Source: Candidatus Latescibacterota bacterium
GTDB taxonomy: Bacteria; Latescibacterota; UBA2968; GCA-2709665
Direction: 5' to 3'
Assembly: GCA_965222075.1 (NCBI GenBank)
Contig: OZ244937.1
Span: 4,256,001-4,320,000, forward strand
Length of the DNA stretch: 64,000 nt
In this document: piece after piece, positions 51,630-61,606 of the stretch
Layout of the letters: every line of letters starts with the position of its first letter
Numbering within the stretch: position 1 is the first letter of the stretch
Notes under the pieces: generated by a model
What the model saw: only the letters and a program-made list of their open reading frames with translations
What the model was told of the DNA's origin: nothing
Databases searched by the model: none
Translations under genes and position numbers: made by a program

Positions 51630-52865
51630 TTAGAAAAAGTCCTTTACCCAGTTTTTCATACGACTCAAAATCGCCTCAAAGGAATCGTCGCTGCCTACCC
51701 GCAGCAGATCTTTTCGGTTTTGATGGTGCCCCCCAAAGAGCACAAGCCCCACGCCGGTGGCGTAGATCGGCTGGGTCACGGCGTCCACAAGTCCGACGAC
51801 CCCCCCGGGTGTGCCAAGGCTGACCGGCATCCCGAAGACCTCTTCTGCCAGCTCCACGCACCCCTCCAGCATCGCGCCCCCCCCGGTAATTACCACACCG
51901 GCCGCGAGCAGATCGGCGTAATCGGTGCGGCGGATCTCCCGGTGGACCAGGGCGAAGATCTCCTCCATCCGCGCCTCAATAATGGCAGTCAGCTCCGCCC
52001 GGGGAACGTGGTACGAGGGGCGTCCGGCCAACCCGGGGACCTCGATCGCTTCCTCTTTGCTCACCAGCGAGCAGAGCGCACAGCCGTGCGCCCGCTTGAT
52101 CTCTTCGGCCTGCTTCCAGGGGGTGCGCAGCCCAATCGATACATCGTGGGTCACATTCTCTCCCCCCAGGCCCACCACCGCCGTATGCCGGATGCTCCCA
52201 TCGTAAAACACGGCCAGATCGGTCGTGCCGCCGCCCACATCGATCAGCGCCACGCCCATCTCTTCTTCCTCCGGAGAAAGCACCGCATAGCTGGATGCAA
52301 GGGGCTCCAAAACCAAGTCCACCACCTCCACACCTGCGCGCCGGATGCTCTTGCAGATATTCTGGGCGGACGTAACCGCGCCCGTTACAATGTGCACATC
52401 CGCCTCTAAGCGCACGCCCGACATCCCGATGGGATCTTTCACCCCAGGCTGATCGTCCACCACAAACGATTGGGGAAGCACGTGGATAATCTCCCGGTCC
52501 ATTGGGATGGAAACCGCCTTGGCCGTCTCGATCACCCGGTCCTCGTCGTGGGCCGTAATCTCGTTGTCAGGGCTTGATACCGCAATCACGCCCCGGCAGT
52601 TCAGGCTCCGGATGTGATCGCCGGCAATCCCCGCATACACCGCCGCAATCCGGGCATCGGACATCCATTCGGCCTCCTCAATTGCCCGCTGGATCGACCG
52701 GACGGTCTTCTCCACATTCACCACAACGCCCCGTTTTAACCCATCCGAAGGGCTGCTCCCCACACCGGTGACCTTGAGCTGTCCGCCCTCTTCTGCCTCG
52801 GCCACAATCGCACAAATCTTGGTGGTCCCGATGTCGAGTCCAACAATCCGATCGACTTTGACCAT
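51630..52865 (-). CDS. ftsA: Cell division protein FtsA
   Basis: LDIGTTK, P.GMSGVRLE, D.GGGTTD, TGGG, ATGVGL. Confidence 0.96.
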   Translation of the reverse strand: MVKVDRIVGLDIGTTKICAIVAEAEEGGQLKVTGVGSSPSDGLKRGVVVNVEKTVRSIQRAIEEAEWMSDARIAAVYAGIAGDHIRSLNCRGVIAVSSPDNEITAHDEDRVIETAKAVSIPMDREIIHVLPQSFVVDDQPGVKDPIGMSGVRLEADVHIVTGAVTSAQNICKSIRRAGVEVVDLVLEPLASSYAVLSPEEEEMGVALIDVGGGTTDLAVFYDGSIRHTAVVGLGGENVTHDVSIGLRTPWKQAEEIKRAHGCALCSLVSKEEAIEVPGLAGRPSYHVPRAELTAIIEARMEEIFALVHREIRRTDYADLLAAGVVITGGGAMLEGCVELAEEVFGMPVSLGTPGGVVGLVDAVTQPIYATGVGLVLFGGHHQNRKDLLRVGSDDSFEAILSRMKNWVKDFF

Positions 52866-52923
52866 TTGCCATGTCCTTTCAAAGGGTTACCAGAACAAAC
52901 CGCGTCTCCCATGCGGGAGAGGG

Positions 52924-53739
52924 TTATCGCTTCCCGACAACCACCTGGTCCCAAAACCGGAGGTCCACATAGGCCAGCGCCTCCTCCTGGTGCGCCCCCG
53001 CCGCCAGATAGGCCTGAAAGTTTCGGACCTGGTGGTCTGCATCCTCAAACCGCATCCGAAGCTCCAGCCCATCCCCTACCATGTAGATCCGCGCCTCGTC
53101 TGGAGACTCGATGCGGACCTCGGAAATATCGTCCAGAAACGCGGGCGAGCGGACGTTCAGGGTCTCTAAAAAACCGACCAGGCGGGAGAACACCTGCCTC
53201 TGTTGGTAGCCCGTAGAATCCGATACCGCCGTCTCAACGCCCGTTATCACCGGCAGATCAAGCGAGACTTGTGGCAGAGGAACGAACGCCTCTTCCCGGT
53301 CTATTCCAAAAAGCCCCTCAGACGTAGAAACCAGCGCAATCGGCTGGCGCTCCTCCACCGAAATTACCAGGGCCTCCGGGGGTTGGCGCAGCAGCAGAGT
53401 CTCTCGAATCAGGGGATGGGATCTCAGCCGCTTGGTGGCCGCCGCAAGATCGGCCTCAAACAGATTGCCCCCAATCTCCAGCCCCGACCGAACCGTCACA
53501 TCACGCGGGGTCAGCAGCCGGTTGCCCACTACGGAAATCCGCTTCAACCGGAAGAGGTCCGATTCGATAAGGGCCGGGTAGGCATTCTGGATACCAAAGA
53601 ACAGCAGCCCCAGCATGACCAGGAGCAGGAACCATCGCAAGACCCGTGTCGGCCTGCGAAGCGCCCTGCTGTTGGCAGCCTCTTGTATAACCCGTTCTTT
53701 CTCTTTCAGTTGAGGATAAATGGGTGTATGTCCCGGCAT
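52924..53739 (-). CDS. ftsQ: Cell division protein FtsQ/DivIB
   Basis: TM helix, POTRA domain, ER.P.A, YVDLRF; dcw position. Confidence 0.85.
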   Translation of the reverse strand: MPGHTPIYPQLKEKERVIQEAANSRALRRPTRVLRWFLLLVMLGLLFFGIQNAYPALIESDLFRLKRISVVGNRLLTPRDVTVRSGLEIGGNLFEADLAAATKRLRSHPLIRETLLLRQPPEALVISVEERQPIALVSTSEGLFGIDREEAFVPLPQVSLDLPVITGVETAVSDSTGYQQRQVFSRLVGFLETLNVRSPAFLDDISEVRIESPDEARIYMVGDGLELRMRFEDADHQVRNFQAYLAAGAHQEEALAYVDLRFWDQVVVGKR

Positions 53740-53817
53740 AAAACCTCCAATCCCCTGAATCGGTTGCGGATTGCGGAATAAAGGCTTTTCAATCCGAAAT
53801 TTCTCTGTTTTGCCTTC

Positions 53818-54753
53818 TCACGGATTTTCAACGCCGTGTGTTCCAACAATGCGAACTTCGGTCTCCAGCTCAACGCCGTGTGCCCAGTGCACCCGCTCCC
53901 TCACCTGCTCAATAAGGGCCAGCGCCTCCTCTGCGGTCCCCCCGCCTGTGTTCGCCATAAAATTGGCGTGCAAATCCGACACCTCCACAGCGCCGGCCGA
54001 AAGCCCCTTGCACCCGGCCTGGTCGATCAGCAGCCCCGCAGATCTCCCCGGCGGATTCTTGAAAATACACCCCGCATTGCGCTTCCACAACGGCTGGGAG
54101 GCTTTGCGCTGGGTCAGCATCTCGTCCATCCGCCGCTTCACAACCTCCGGGTCTTCCTCTGCTAAATGGAACGCCGCGTCAACCACCACCAGCCCGGCAG
54201 GCAGATCCGTATGCCGGTACCCGAAGGAGACCTCGTCCTGCCCTAACCTGAGCGCTTCGCCGGACCTCAGATCGATCCCCCGCAGCCAGATCAACCGCTC
54301 TACGGTCTCTCCCCCCCAGGCGCCCGCGTTGCCCCAGATCGCCCCGCCCACCGTCCCTGGAATGCCGCACCCGAACTCCATCCCCGTCCGGCCTGCGCGC
54401 TGGCAACGCCGGGAAAAGACCTGCAGGCTGGCCCCCGCCTGCGCCTGCCCCAAGTCGGCCTCTACCCGGGTGCGGGTCAACCCGCTGGTCAGGCAGAGCA
54501 CCAGCCCCCGAAAACCGGCCTCCCGCACCAACATGTTCGTCCCCCCCCCCAGGGGCAGCACCGGCAGCCCGGAATCCCGTACTAAGGGAACCGCCCTGCC
54601 CAGGTCGTCCAGGTCCGCAGGCAGGAAGAAGAGGTCCGCAGGACCGCCCATGCCAAACGTCGTATGCCCCGCCAAGGGCTCGTCAACCCTCAATTCGCCG
54701 CGGCATCGCGCCCGGATTTCACGGGCCAGCAGGTCCCTCTTTGAGCTTTTCAT
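53818..54753 (-). CDS. murB: UDP-N-acetylmuramate dehydrogenase
   Basis: HTTF..GG.A, GIPGTVGGA...NAGA, GC.FKNP, HANF, LE.EV. Confidence 0.95.
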   Translation of the reverse strand: MKSSKRDLLAREIRARCRGELRVDEPLAGHTTFGMGGPADLFFLPADLDDLGRAVPLVRDSGLPVLPLGGGTNMLVREAGFRGLVLCLTSGLTRTRVEADLGQAQAGASLQVFSRRCQRAGRTGMEFGCGIPGTVGGAIWGNAGAWGGETVERLIWLRGIDLRSGEALRLGQDEVSFGYRHTDLPAGLVVVDAAFHLAEEDPEVVKRRMDEMLTQRKASQPLWKRNAGCIFKNPPGRSAGLLIDQAGCKGLSAGAVEVSDLHANFMANTGGGTAEEALALIEQVRERVHWAHGVELETEVRIVGTHGVENP

Positions 54754-56101
54754 AGACCTCATACGCCACCTGCTCCACATCTCCCGCGCCCATCACAACC
54801 ACCAGGTCTCCTGCCACCGCATCCGCCACTAAGGCCGGTCCCAGATCCGCCAAGTCGGGCACATATTGCGCCTTGGTGTCCCGTACGGAGGCCGCAACCA
54901 GGGCGCCGTCCACCCCCCGAATCGGCTCTTCGCGGGCGGGGTAGACATCGGCCACAAAGACCCGGTCAGCCCTACTGAGGGCCTCGCCGAAATCTGCTGC
55001 AAAATCCCGTGTGCGCGAATACAGGTGGGGTTGAAAAATTGCTACGATCCGACCCGACCAACCTGCTCTGGCTGTCTCCAGCGTCGCCCGGATCTCTGTT
55101 GGGTGGTGCGCGTAGTCGTTTATCACCACCACCCCACCCGCCTCACCCAAAACCTCGAACCGCCTGCGCACCCCCCGGAAGGCCTCCAACCCGGCCTTTT
55201 GCGCCTCCCAGGAAAGCCCCAGCGCCGTTCCGACCCCCACCGCCGCAAGCGCATTGGACACATTGTGCAGACCCGGAACCTGAAGTCGAAGCTCCCCCAG
55301 CTCCTGATGCCCGTCAAAGACCCGAAACCGGCTGTTAAACCCCTCCTGTGCGATTTGATCCGCACGGATGCGCACATCCGATTCAAGCCCGTAAAAAATC
55401 CGCGCAGTACCACCCGTTACCGCTAAGTTTCGCACCCGATCCGCGTCCCCACACAGGACCGCATGCCCGCCCGCAGGCACCGATGCTAAGAACTGCTCAA
55501 ACGCGCGGTAGATCGCCTCTAAGTCCCCGTAAGAGTCGAGGTGGTCCGCCTCTAAGGACGTCACCACAGCCACCGCCGGAGTCAACGCTAAGAAGGAGCG
55601 GTCGAACTCATCGGCCTCCACAGCCCAGAACGCCCCCTTGCCCACCCGCAAATTGCGCTCCTCCCCTCGAACCACGCCCCCCACCAGCACCGTCGGGTCC
55701 AGCCCGGCGGCCTCCAAAACCGTGCCCACCATCGCCGTGGTGGTGGTCTTTCCGTGGGTGCCGGTAACGCCCACAACCCGATGTCCCTCTGTCAGGCGCC
55801 CCAGAAGTTCTGCACGCTTTAAGGTCGGAATCCCCCGCTCCCGCGCCGCCTGGAGTTCTGGATTGTCAAACGAAACAGCGGCGGTATAGATTACCCCGGC
55901 CACATCGCCCACCGCCCCGGCCGAATGCCCGATCTGCACCGGAATGCCCAGTTCGGCCAGATGGTCTGTCAGCGCGGAAGCCTGACGGTCCGAACCCGTA
56001 ACCAGACATCCCCTTTGGTGGAGGAACTCGGCCAGAGCGCTCATACTAACGCCTCCGATTCCAACAAAGTGTATTCGGGCACCCGCCCTCAACTTGACCA
56101 T
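54719..56101 (-). CDS. murC: UDP-N-acetylmuramate--L-alanine ligase
   Basis: HFVGIGG..MS.LA, GTHGKTTT, EADE.DRSF, DYAHHP.E, FQPH.YSR. Confidence 0.96.
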   Translation of the reverse strand: MVKLRAGARIHFVGIGGVSMSALAEFLHQRGCLVTGSDRQASALTDHLAELGIPVQIGHSAGAVGDVAGVIYTAAVSFDNPELQAARERGIPTLKRAELLGRLTEGHRVVGVTGTHGKTTTTAMVGTVLEAAGLDPTVLVGGVVRGEERNLRVGKGAFWAVEADEFDRSFLALTPAVAVVTSLEADHLDSYGDLEAIYRAFEQFLASVPAGGHAVLCGDADRVRNLAVTGGTARIFYGLESDVRIRADQIAQEGFNSRFRVFDGHQELGELRLQVPGLHNVSNALAAVGVGTALGLSWEAQKAGLEAFRGVRRRFEVLGEAGGVVVINDYAHHPTEIRATLETARAGWSGRIVAIFQPHLYSRTRDFAADFGEALSRADRVFVADVYPAREEPIRGVDGALVAASVRDTKAQYVPDLADLGPALVADAVAGDLVVVMGAGDVEQVAYEVYEKLKEGPAGP

Positions 56102-56131
56102 GAGCCACGATCCACGCCGGTCTGCCGCTTT

Positions 56132-57235
56132 TCATTCCCCTCTGAGTAATCCCACCCGCGCCATCCCCGCCACGATCCGCTCCGCCGCATCCGGCACCGC
56201 CAGCCTCCTGCTTCGGGCCCCCATCTCCGCTAAAGCCGCCTCATCGTCCATCAGTTCCACAACCGTCGATGCCAGCTTCGCGGCGTTTAAATCCGACTGC
56301 CGGACCATCCGGGCGGCCCCGGCCCGCGCCGTCGCAAGCGCATTGTAGTCCTGGTGATGCTCGGAAGCCGTTGGCAGCGGTACCAGCACCGCCGGCACGC
56401 CCAGGTGGGTCAACTCGGCCACCGTCATCGCCCCCGCCCGGGTCAACGCCACATCGGCCGCACTGTAGGCCGCTTCCATATCGTCGATAAAATCCTTCAC
56501 GACCACGCGCCCCCCAAAGGCCCTGGCCGCAGAAACGGCCGTTTCATAACCCGGCTTTCCCGTCTGCCAGAGCACCTGTATCTCCCGCTCCACCAGCGCA
56601 GGCAGCGCCTTGGCCATCGCCTGATTGATTCCCGTTGCCCCCTGGCTTCCCCCGACCACCAGCAGCGTCGGTCGGTCCAGCGTCAGTCCACAGCGTCTGC
56701 GAGCCTCAGCCCGTTCAACCCGCGTCCATCCACCCCGGACCGGATTTCCAACCGCCAGCCGTTCGCGCCCTCCAAGCCGTCGAACAGCACCCCCAAAGGC
56801 AAGGTAAACCTGCACGGCAACGCGCGAGAGCACCCGAATCGCAATCCCGGGGAAATTGTTCTGTTCGTGTAAGACCAAGGGAACGCCCAGCAGCCAGGCC
56901 GCCATACCGATCGGACCGCTGACGTAGCCGCCGGTGCAGATCACAGCGTGGGGACGATACGTGGAGAGGATACTCAGAGAGCGAACCATCCCTTTGACAA
57001 GCATCCAGGGGAATTGGAGCAAGTCGGGGTGGGGGTGTCGGCTCAGGCCGATCACCGGGATGATTTCTAAACGATAGCCCGAACGCGGGACCAGCCTCGC
57101 CTCCACACCCTGCGCGACTCCGGCAAACCGGATCTCCGCATCGGGATACCGCTGGCGCACCGCCTCGGCCACCGCCAGCGCGGGAACCGTGTGCCCCCCC
57201 GTCAGCGTAACGGCGAATAAGAGGCGTAGTGCCAT
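56132..57235 (-). CDS. murG: Undecaprenyl-PP-MurNAc-pentapeptide GlcNAc transferase
   Basis: TGGH, TGGY.S.P, HEQN, GNPVR, GGSQGA, RAGA.T..E. Confidence 0.92.
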   Translation of the reverse strand: MALRLLFAVTLTGGHTVPALAVAEAVRQRYPDAEIRFAGVAQGVEARLVPRSGYRLEIIPVIGLSRHPHPDLLQFPWMLVKGMVRSLSILSTYRPHAVICTGGYVSGPIGMAAWLLGVPLVLHEQNNFPGIAIRVLSRVAVQVYLAFGGAVRRLGGRERLAVGNPVRGGWTRVERAEARRRCGLTLDRPTLLVVGGSQGATGINQAMAKALPALVEREIQVLWQTGKPGYETAVSAARAFGGRVVVKDFIDDMEAAYSAADVALTRAGAMTVAELTHLGVPAVLVPLPTASEHHQDYNALATARAGAARMVRQSDLNAAKLASTVVELMDDEAALAEMGARSRRLAVPDAAERIVAGMARVGLLRGE

Positions 57236-58410
57236 CACAATCGCCGGACGGCCGGACGGAGGCCCCGGTGCGCCTCGGCCCGCCGGGGAGGCGTTGTGGC
57301 TGCGCCGGCCCGGCCGATGTTGATGAGAATCCCGATGGCGATCAGGGTGAGGAGCAGTGAGGATCCACCGTAGCTGATAAAAGGAAGGGGAAGCCCTGTG
57401 GTGGGCAACAGCCCGGTGCAGACCCCCATATTCACAAACGCGTAAACCAAAACCATGCAGCTAATGCCCGACGCCAGCAAAAAACCGTGCAGGTCGGGTG
57501 CACGCCGGGCAGCTTGAAACCCGAGCCGCCCCAGGATCAGAAACAGGACCAGCAAGCCTCCCGTGCCCACCAATCCCAGTTCTTCTCCCACAATGCTGAA
57601 CACAAAATCGGTGTGGGGTTCCGGCAGGAAAAAATATTTCTGCAGGCTCTGCCCCAGTCCTACCCCGGTCACTCCCCCGCTGCCTAAGGCCAACAGCGAC
57701 TGCGCCACATGGTAGCCGATCCCCTGAAGGTCATCGGTCGGATTTAAAAAGGCGAGGATGCGCTCCTTCCGGTAGCCAAACACAAAGACCCCCAGGTAGA
57801 GCAGGGGCGCAAGCGCCGTGCATGTGCTGAGAAGGTGTAAGACCCGAACTCCGGCTAAGTAAAATATCAGCGCACATGTCAGCCCAATGGCCAAGACCGT
57901 CCCCAGATCGGGCTGCAGGACAATCAGCCCCATAGCCGCACCCACAATGGCAATGTGGGGCAGATACCCCTGCCGAAACTCCCGTACCAGACCCTGACGC
58001 CGGCTGAGCGAATCCGCCAGATAGATCACCAGGGCCAGGCGCATCAGATCCGACGGCTGGAACGCCATGCCGAAAAAATGAATCCATCGGTAAGCGCCCC
58101 GCACCTCCCCGATTCCCACAAGCTTGAACCCCAGCACAACCACCAGCCCTGTGAACCCCAATGCCAGGATCGCCCGCGAGAACCGTGCCCAGAGGCGGTA
58201 GTCGGTCCGCATCACCAGGTACATGGCCACCAGCCCGACCAGCGCTCTAAAAGCCCAGCGCTTCAGAAAAAAGTGGCCGCTCTCAAACCTGACCTGGGCC
58301 AGCGCCGCGCTGGAACTGTAGACCATCACCGTCCCAAATCCTACCAGGCCGACCACCAGGAGCATGAGCAGATAGGCCTGCCGGTCCCCCTGTTCTGTCT
58401 GAGTCGCCAT
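57235..58410 (-). CDS. ftsW: SEDS peptidoglycan polymerase FtsW
   Basis: GA.RW, FQPS, QPD.GT, G.G.S.QK, LPEPHTDF, LP.ISYGGSS. Confidence 0.95.
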   Translation of the reverse strand: MATQTEQGDRQAYLLMLLVVGLVGFGTVMVYSSSAALAQVRFESGHFFLKRWAFRALVGLVAMYLVMRTDYRLWARFSRAILALGFTGLVVVLGFKLVGIGEVRGAYRWIHFFGMAFQPSDLMRLALVIYLADSLSRRQGLVREFRQGYLPHIAIVGAAMGLIVLQPDLGTVLAIGLTCALIFYLAGVRVLHLLSTCTALAPLLYLGVFVFGYRKERILAFLNPTDDLQGIGYHVAQSLLALGSGGVTGVGLGQSLQKYFFLPEPHTDFVFSIVGEELGLVGTGGLLVLFLILGRLGFQAARRAPDLHGFLLASGISCMVLVYAFVNMGVCTGLLPTTGLPLPFISYGGSSLLLTLIAIGILINIGRAGAATTPPRRAEAHRGLRPAVRRL

Positions 58411-58568
58411 CGAAAGCTATCGTGTGATCTGAAGAAAGGGGAGAAAGAGGGGATTCTTTCAGAGAAAGTCAATCATTTCCGGTTAGAAAATTGCTTGTTA
58501 GAGGAACGTTTAATCAGATAATTAGAAACAAAGAGTTAACTCAGAAGCCTTTCTTGCCATACATCTCT

Positions 58569-59963
58569 TCACTCTTCAAACCCCAGCGCCCGGGCAACCT
58601 CCTCCATCGCCAGCCCCCGCGACCCCTTCAGCAGCAGCAGGTCTCCCGGCATCAGGAAGTCCTCAAGCGCACCCACAAGGGCGTCCCGGCCGGTAAAAGC
58701 CCGCGACCGCTCTGCTGGAAGCCCCCCTTCTACGCCCCCCTCGGCCACCTTTCGGGCCAGGTCGCCCAGCGCAAAAAGGGCGTCTATACCCCGGATCGCT
58801 GCAAAGATGCCCACCTCCCGGTGATCTCTCTTGGCGACCGATCCCAGTTCCAGCATATCGCCCAGCACGGCAACGCGCCGTCCCCCTTTTTTGGGCGGGG
58901 ACATCTGCGAAAGTGACTCCAGCGCCGCACGCATCGAAACGGGATTGGCGTTGTAGGCATCGTTCAAGAGGCGAACACCGCCCTGTTCTACAACCTGGCT
59001 GCGCAGCCTGGAGGGGTGAAAAGATGCCAGCGCAGCGGCCGCCTCGGCAACCGGGACGCCCAGCGCCGCCCCCACCGCAGCAGCGGCCAGGGCGTTGTAG
59101 ACGTTGTGGCGCCCCGGAATCGAAAGGTGAAAAGAACGGCCCTGTAGAGAGAAATGACCGCAGCCCTCCTGATCCAAGATGAGTCCCTCCCCACGAAACT
59201 GACATATCTTCTCGATGCCGAAGTCCAGGAGTCTCCCCTTTAGTCTTGCTCGCTCCTTGGACGTCCACAGGTCGTCGAGATTTAAGATAGCCATTGAAGA
59301 CTCATCTAAATATTCCAGGAGTTCCCCTTTGGCCTTGGCCACCCCCTCTACAGAGCCTAAAAACTCTAAATGTGTGGGTCCAATATTGGTAATCACGCCG
59401 ATCGTGGGATCGACGATCTCGCACAGATCACGCAGGTCGCCCTCTTCGCTGATCCCCATCTCAATCACGGCAACTTCATGCTGGCTCGAAAGCCGGAAGA
59501 GCGTCAGCGGCACCCCCAGGTGGTTGTTCAAATTTCCCTCGGTGGCGAGTACCCGGTAGCGGGTCCCAAGCACCGCGGCGGCCATATCTTTCGTCGTCGT
59601 CTTCCCAGTGCTCCCCGTGATCCCCACCACCGGAATCTCAAACCGGCGTCGATAGACCCGCGCCAAGTCGCCCATCGCCAGGCCGGGATCGTCGCTTAGA
59701 ACCAGCGCCCCCCGGGGCCGGTCTTCCACCTCCCGGTACCACGCCCGGGAGACCACAGCCGCCGCCGCCCCCTTCTCAAGCGCAGCCCCCACAAACCGGT
59801 GTCCGTCGGTATGCTCCCCTGAAAGCGCGAAGAAGACCTCCCCCGTCTTCAGCTTTCGCGTATCAATACACCCGCCGGTCGGATATACCCCCGACGCATC
59901 CCCCTCGGCCACCAGCTCCCCGCAGACCGCCTCGGCCACCTCCACCAGCGTCATCCCTTCCAT
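58569..59963 (-). CDS. murF: UDP-MurNAc-tripeptide--D-Ala-D-Ala ligase
   Basis: ITGS.GKTTTK, N.NN..G.PLT, D.YNANP.SM, GDMLELG, KGSR. Confidence 0.96.
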   Translation of the reverse strand: MEGMTLVEVAEAVCGELVAEGDASGVYPTGGCIDTRKLKTGEVFFALSGEHTDGHRFVGAALEKGAAAAVVSRAWYREVEDRPRGALVLSDDPGLAMGDLARVYRRRFEIPVVGITGSTGKTTTKDMAAAVLGTRYRVLATEGNLNNHLGVPLTLFRLSSQHEVAVIEMGISEEGDLRDLCEIVDPTIGVITNIGPTHLEFLGSVEGVAKAKGELLEYLDESSMAILNLDDLWTSKERARLKGRLLDFGIEKICQFRGEGLILDQEGCGHFSLQGRSFHLSIPGRHNVYNALAAAAVGAALGVPVAEAAAALASFHPSRLRSQVVEQGGVRLLNDAYNANPVSMRAALESLSQMSPPKKGGRRVAVLGDMLELGSVAKRDHREVGIFAAIRGIDALFALGDLARKVAEGGVEGGLPAERSRAFTGRDALVGALEDFLMPGDLLLLKGSRGLAMEEVARALGFEE

Positions 59964-60018
59964 GGGCACTCTCCTCTATCCCCCACAGCCCGATTGTAGA
60001 TTGCGGATTGGAAACTTT

Positions 60019-61521
60019 TCATTCCAGGGAGGGAAAACGATCCGGTGAATCGTCCGGAGTGGGACTCCGAAATCCGCATTCCCCAATTGCACTCAGCACC
60101 TCTCGCGCCACCTCCCGGTCGTCAAAAGGGATCTTCTCCCGCCCGATATCCTGATAATCCTCGTGTCCCTTCCCGGCAATCATCACCAAGTCCTCAGGAC
60201 TTGCAAGCCGGATCGCCGCCTCAATCGCGCGCCTGCGGTCCGGCTCGACCCGGTAAGGCGCCGACCCCAAGCCGGGCAGAATCTCTCGAATGATCGCCTC
60301 CGGGGCTTCCGTCCTGGGGTTGTCGGACGTCACTACTGTCAGGTCGGCCCGTTGGGCCGACACGCGGCCCATTTCCGGCCGTTTTCCCCGGTCCCGGTCT
60401 CCGCCGCAGCCAAAAACGCAGATCAGCCGTCCTTCGGTCAGCGCCCGTGCCGCCTTAAGCACGTTCTTCAGGCCGTCGGGCGTGTGCGCATAGTCCACAA
60501 TCACCCCAAATGCCTGTCCCTGGTCAACCTCTTCAAACCGCCCCGGCACCCGAACCTCGCGCACCGCCTCTACAATCACACCCGGCGCAACCCCCATTGC
60601 CAGCCCCACAGCCACCGCAGCCGCAGCGTTCCAGAGGTTGAACCTGCCTTTGAGCGCCAGGCTCAGGTCCAGTCTCCCTACCGGCGTCTCAAGGCTCAGC
60701 GCTGTACCCCGCCAGGTCGTCCGACCCTCTAAGATGCGCACCGCAGCCCCTCCGGAAGCTCCATATCCCATCACGTGTGCAGGGCATTGCGCCAGCAGGG
60801 TCTCCGCCGCCGGATCGTCGACGTTGACAACCGCCTGTGCGTCTGAATCCAGATTATCAAAGAGCAGGGCCTTCGCGGCCAGATAGGCTTCAGAAGACGG
60901 GTGAAAATCGAGGTGATCTCGGGTTAGATTGGTAAAAACGGCCGTTTCAAACCCAATGCCGTAGACCCGGTCCAGCGCCAACCCGTGGGAAGAGACCTCC
61001 ATCACCGCCGACCGGCATCCCGCCCCGACCATCTCCCAAAACATCCGCTGGAGGTCGTGAGCCTCCGGTGTTGAATTTGACGAGGGCAGGCGTCGTGCAC
61101 CCAGGTGGTGTTCAACGGTGCCGATCAGTCCCGGCTGCCAGCCAGCCGCCTCTAAAAGCGCGTGGATCAGATAGACTGTTGTGGTCTTCCCATTGGTGCC
61201 CGTTACCCCCACCATCCGTAGCGAGCCGCAGGGGACACCGTAAAACCGTTCTGCAAACACCGCAAGCGCCCGCCGCGCTGAGGGCACCTGTACGGCCGCC
61301 TCTTCCACCTCAACCGCCTCTTCCACCACAGCCGCCGCCGCCCCCTTCTCAAACGCATCCATCACAAACCGGTGTCCATCAGTCTTCTCCCCCCGCAGGG
61401 CGAAGAAAACCTCCCCCGGCTTCAGCCCCCGGGAATCCGTGGCCAGCCCCGTCACCTCCACATTGCCGCCTCCAAGCAGCCGGGCCCCGGGAAATCCGGA
61501 AATCAGCTCCTGCAGCCGCAT
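60019..61521 (-). CDS. murE: UDP-MurNAc-dipeptide--meso-DAP ligase
   Basis: TGTNGKTT, EVSSH, DYAHTPD, GCGGDRD, DNPR (DAP-type), AGKGHE. Confidence 0.96.
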   Translation of the reverse strand: MRLQELISGFPGARLLGGGNVEVTGLATDSRGLKPGEVFFALRGEKTDGHRFVMDAFEKGAAAAVVEEAVEVEEAAVQVPSARRALAVFAERFYGVPCGSLRMVGVTGTNGKTTTVYLIHALLEAAGWQPGLIGTVEHHLGARRLPSSNSTPEAHDLQRMFWEMVGAGCRSAVMEVSSHGLALDRVYGIGFETAVFTNLTRDHLDFHPSSEAYLAAKALLFDNLDSDAQAVVNVDDPAAETLLAQCPAHVMGYGASGGAAVRILEGRTTWRGTALSLETPVGRLDLSLALKGRFNLWNAAAAVAVGLAMGVAPGVIVEAVREVRVPGRFEEVDQGQAFGVIVDYAHTPDGLKNVLKAARALTEGRLICVFGCGGDRDRGKRPEMGRVSAQRADLTVVTSDNPRTEAPEAIIREILPGLGSAPYRVEPDRRRAIEAAIRLASPEDLVMIAGKGHEDYQDIGREKIPFDDREVAREVLSAIGECGFRSPTPDDSPDRFPSLE

Positions 61522-61606
61522 ACCATCTCCTCCCCCCGCACACAGCACCCCAGTCGCAAGTCCCGAGTCCCCCACCACTCCACCGTTTTCGGCGCCAACT
61601 CGCCAG

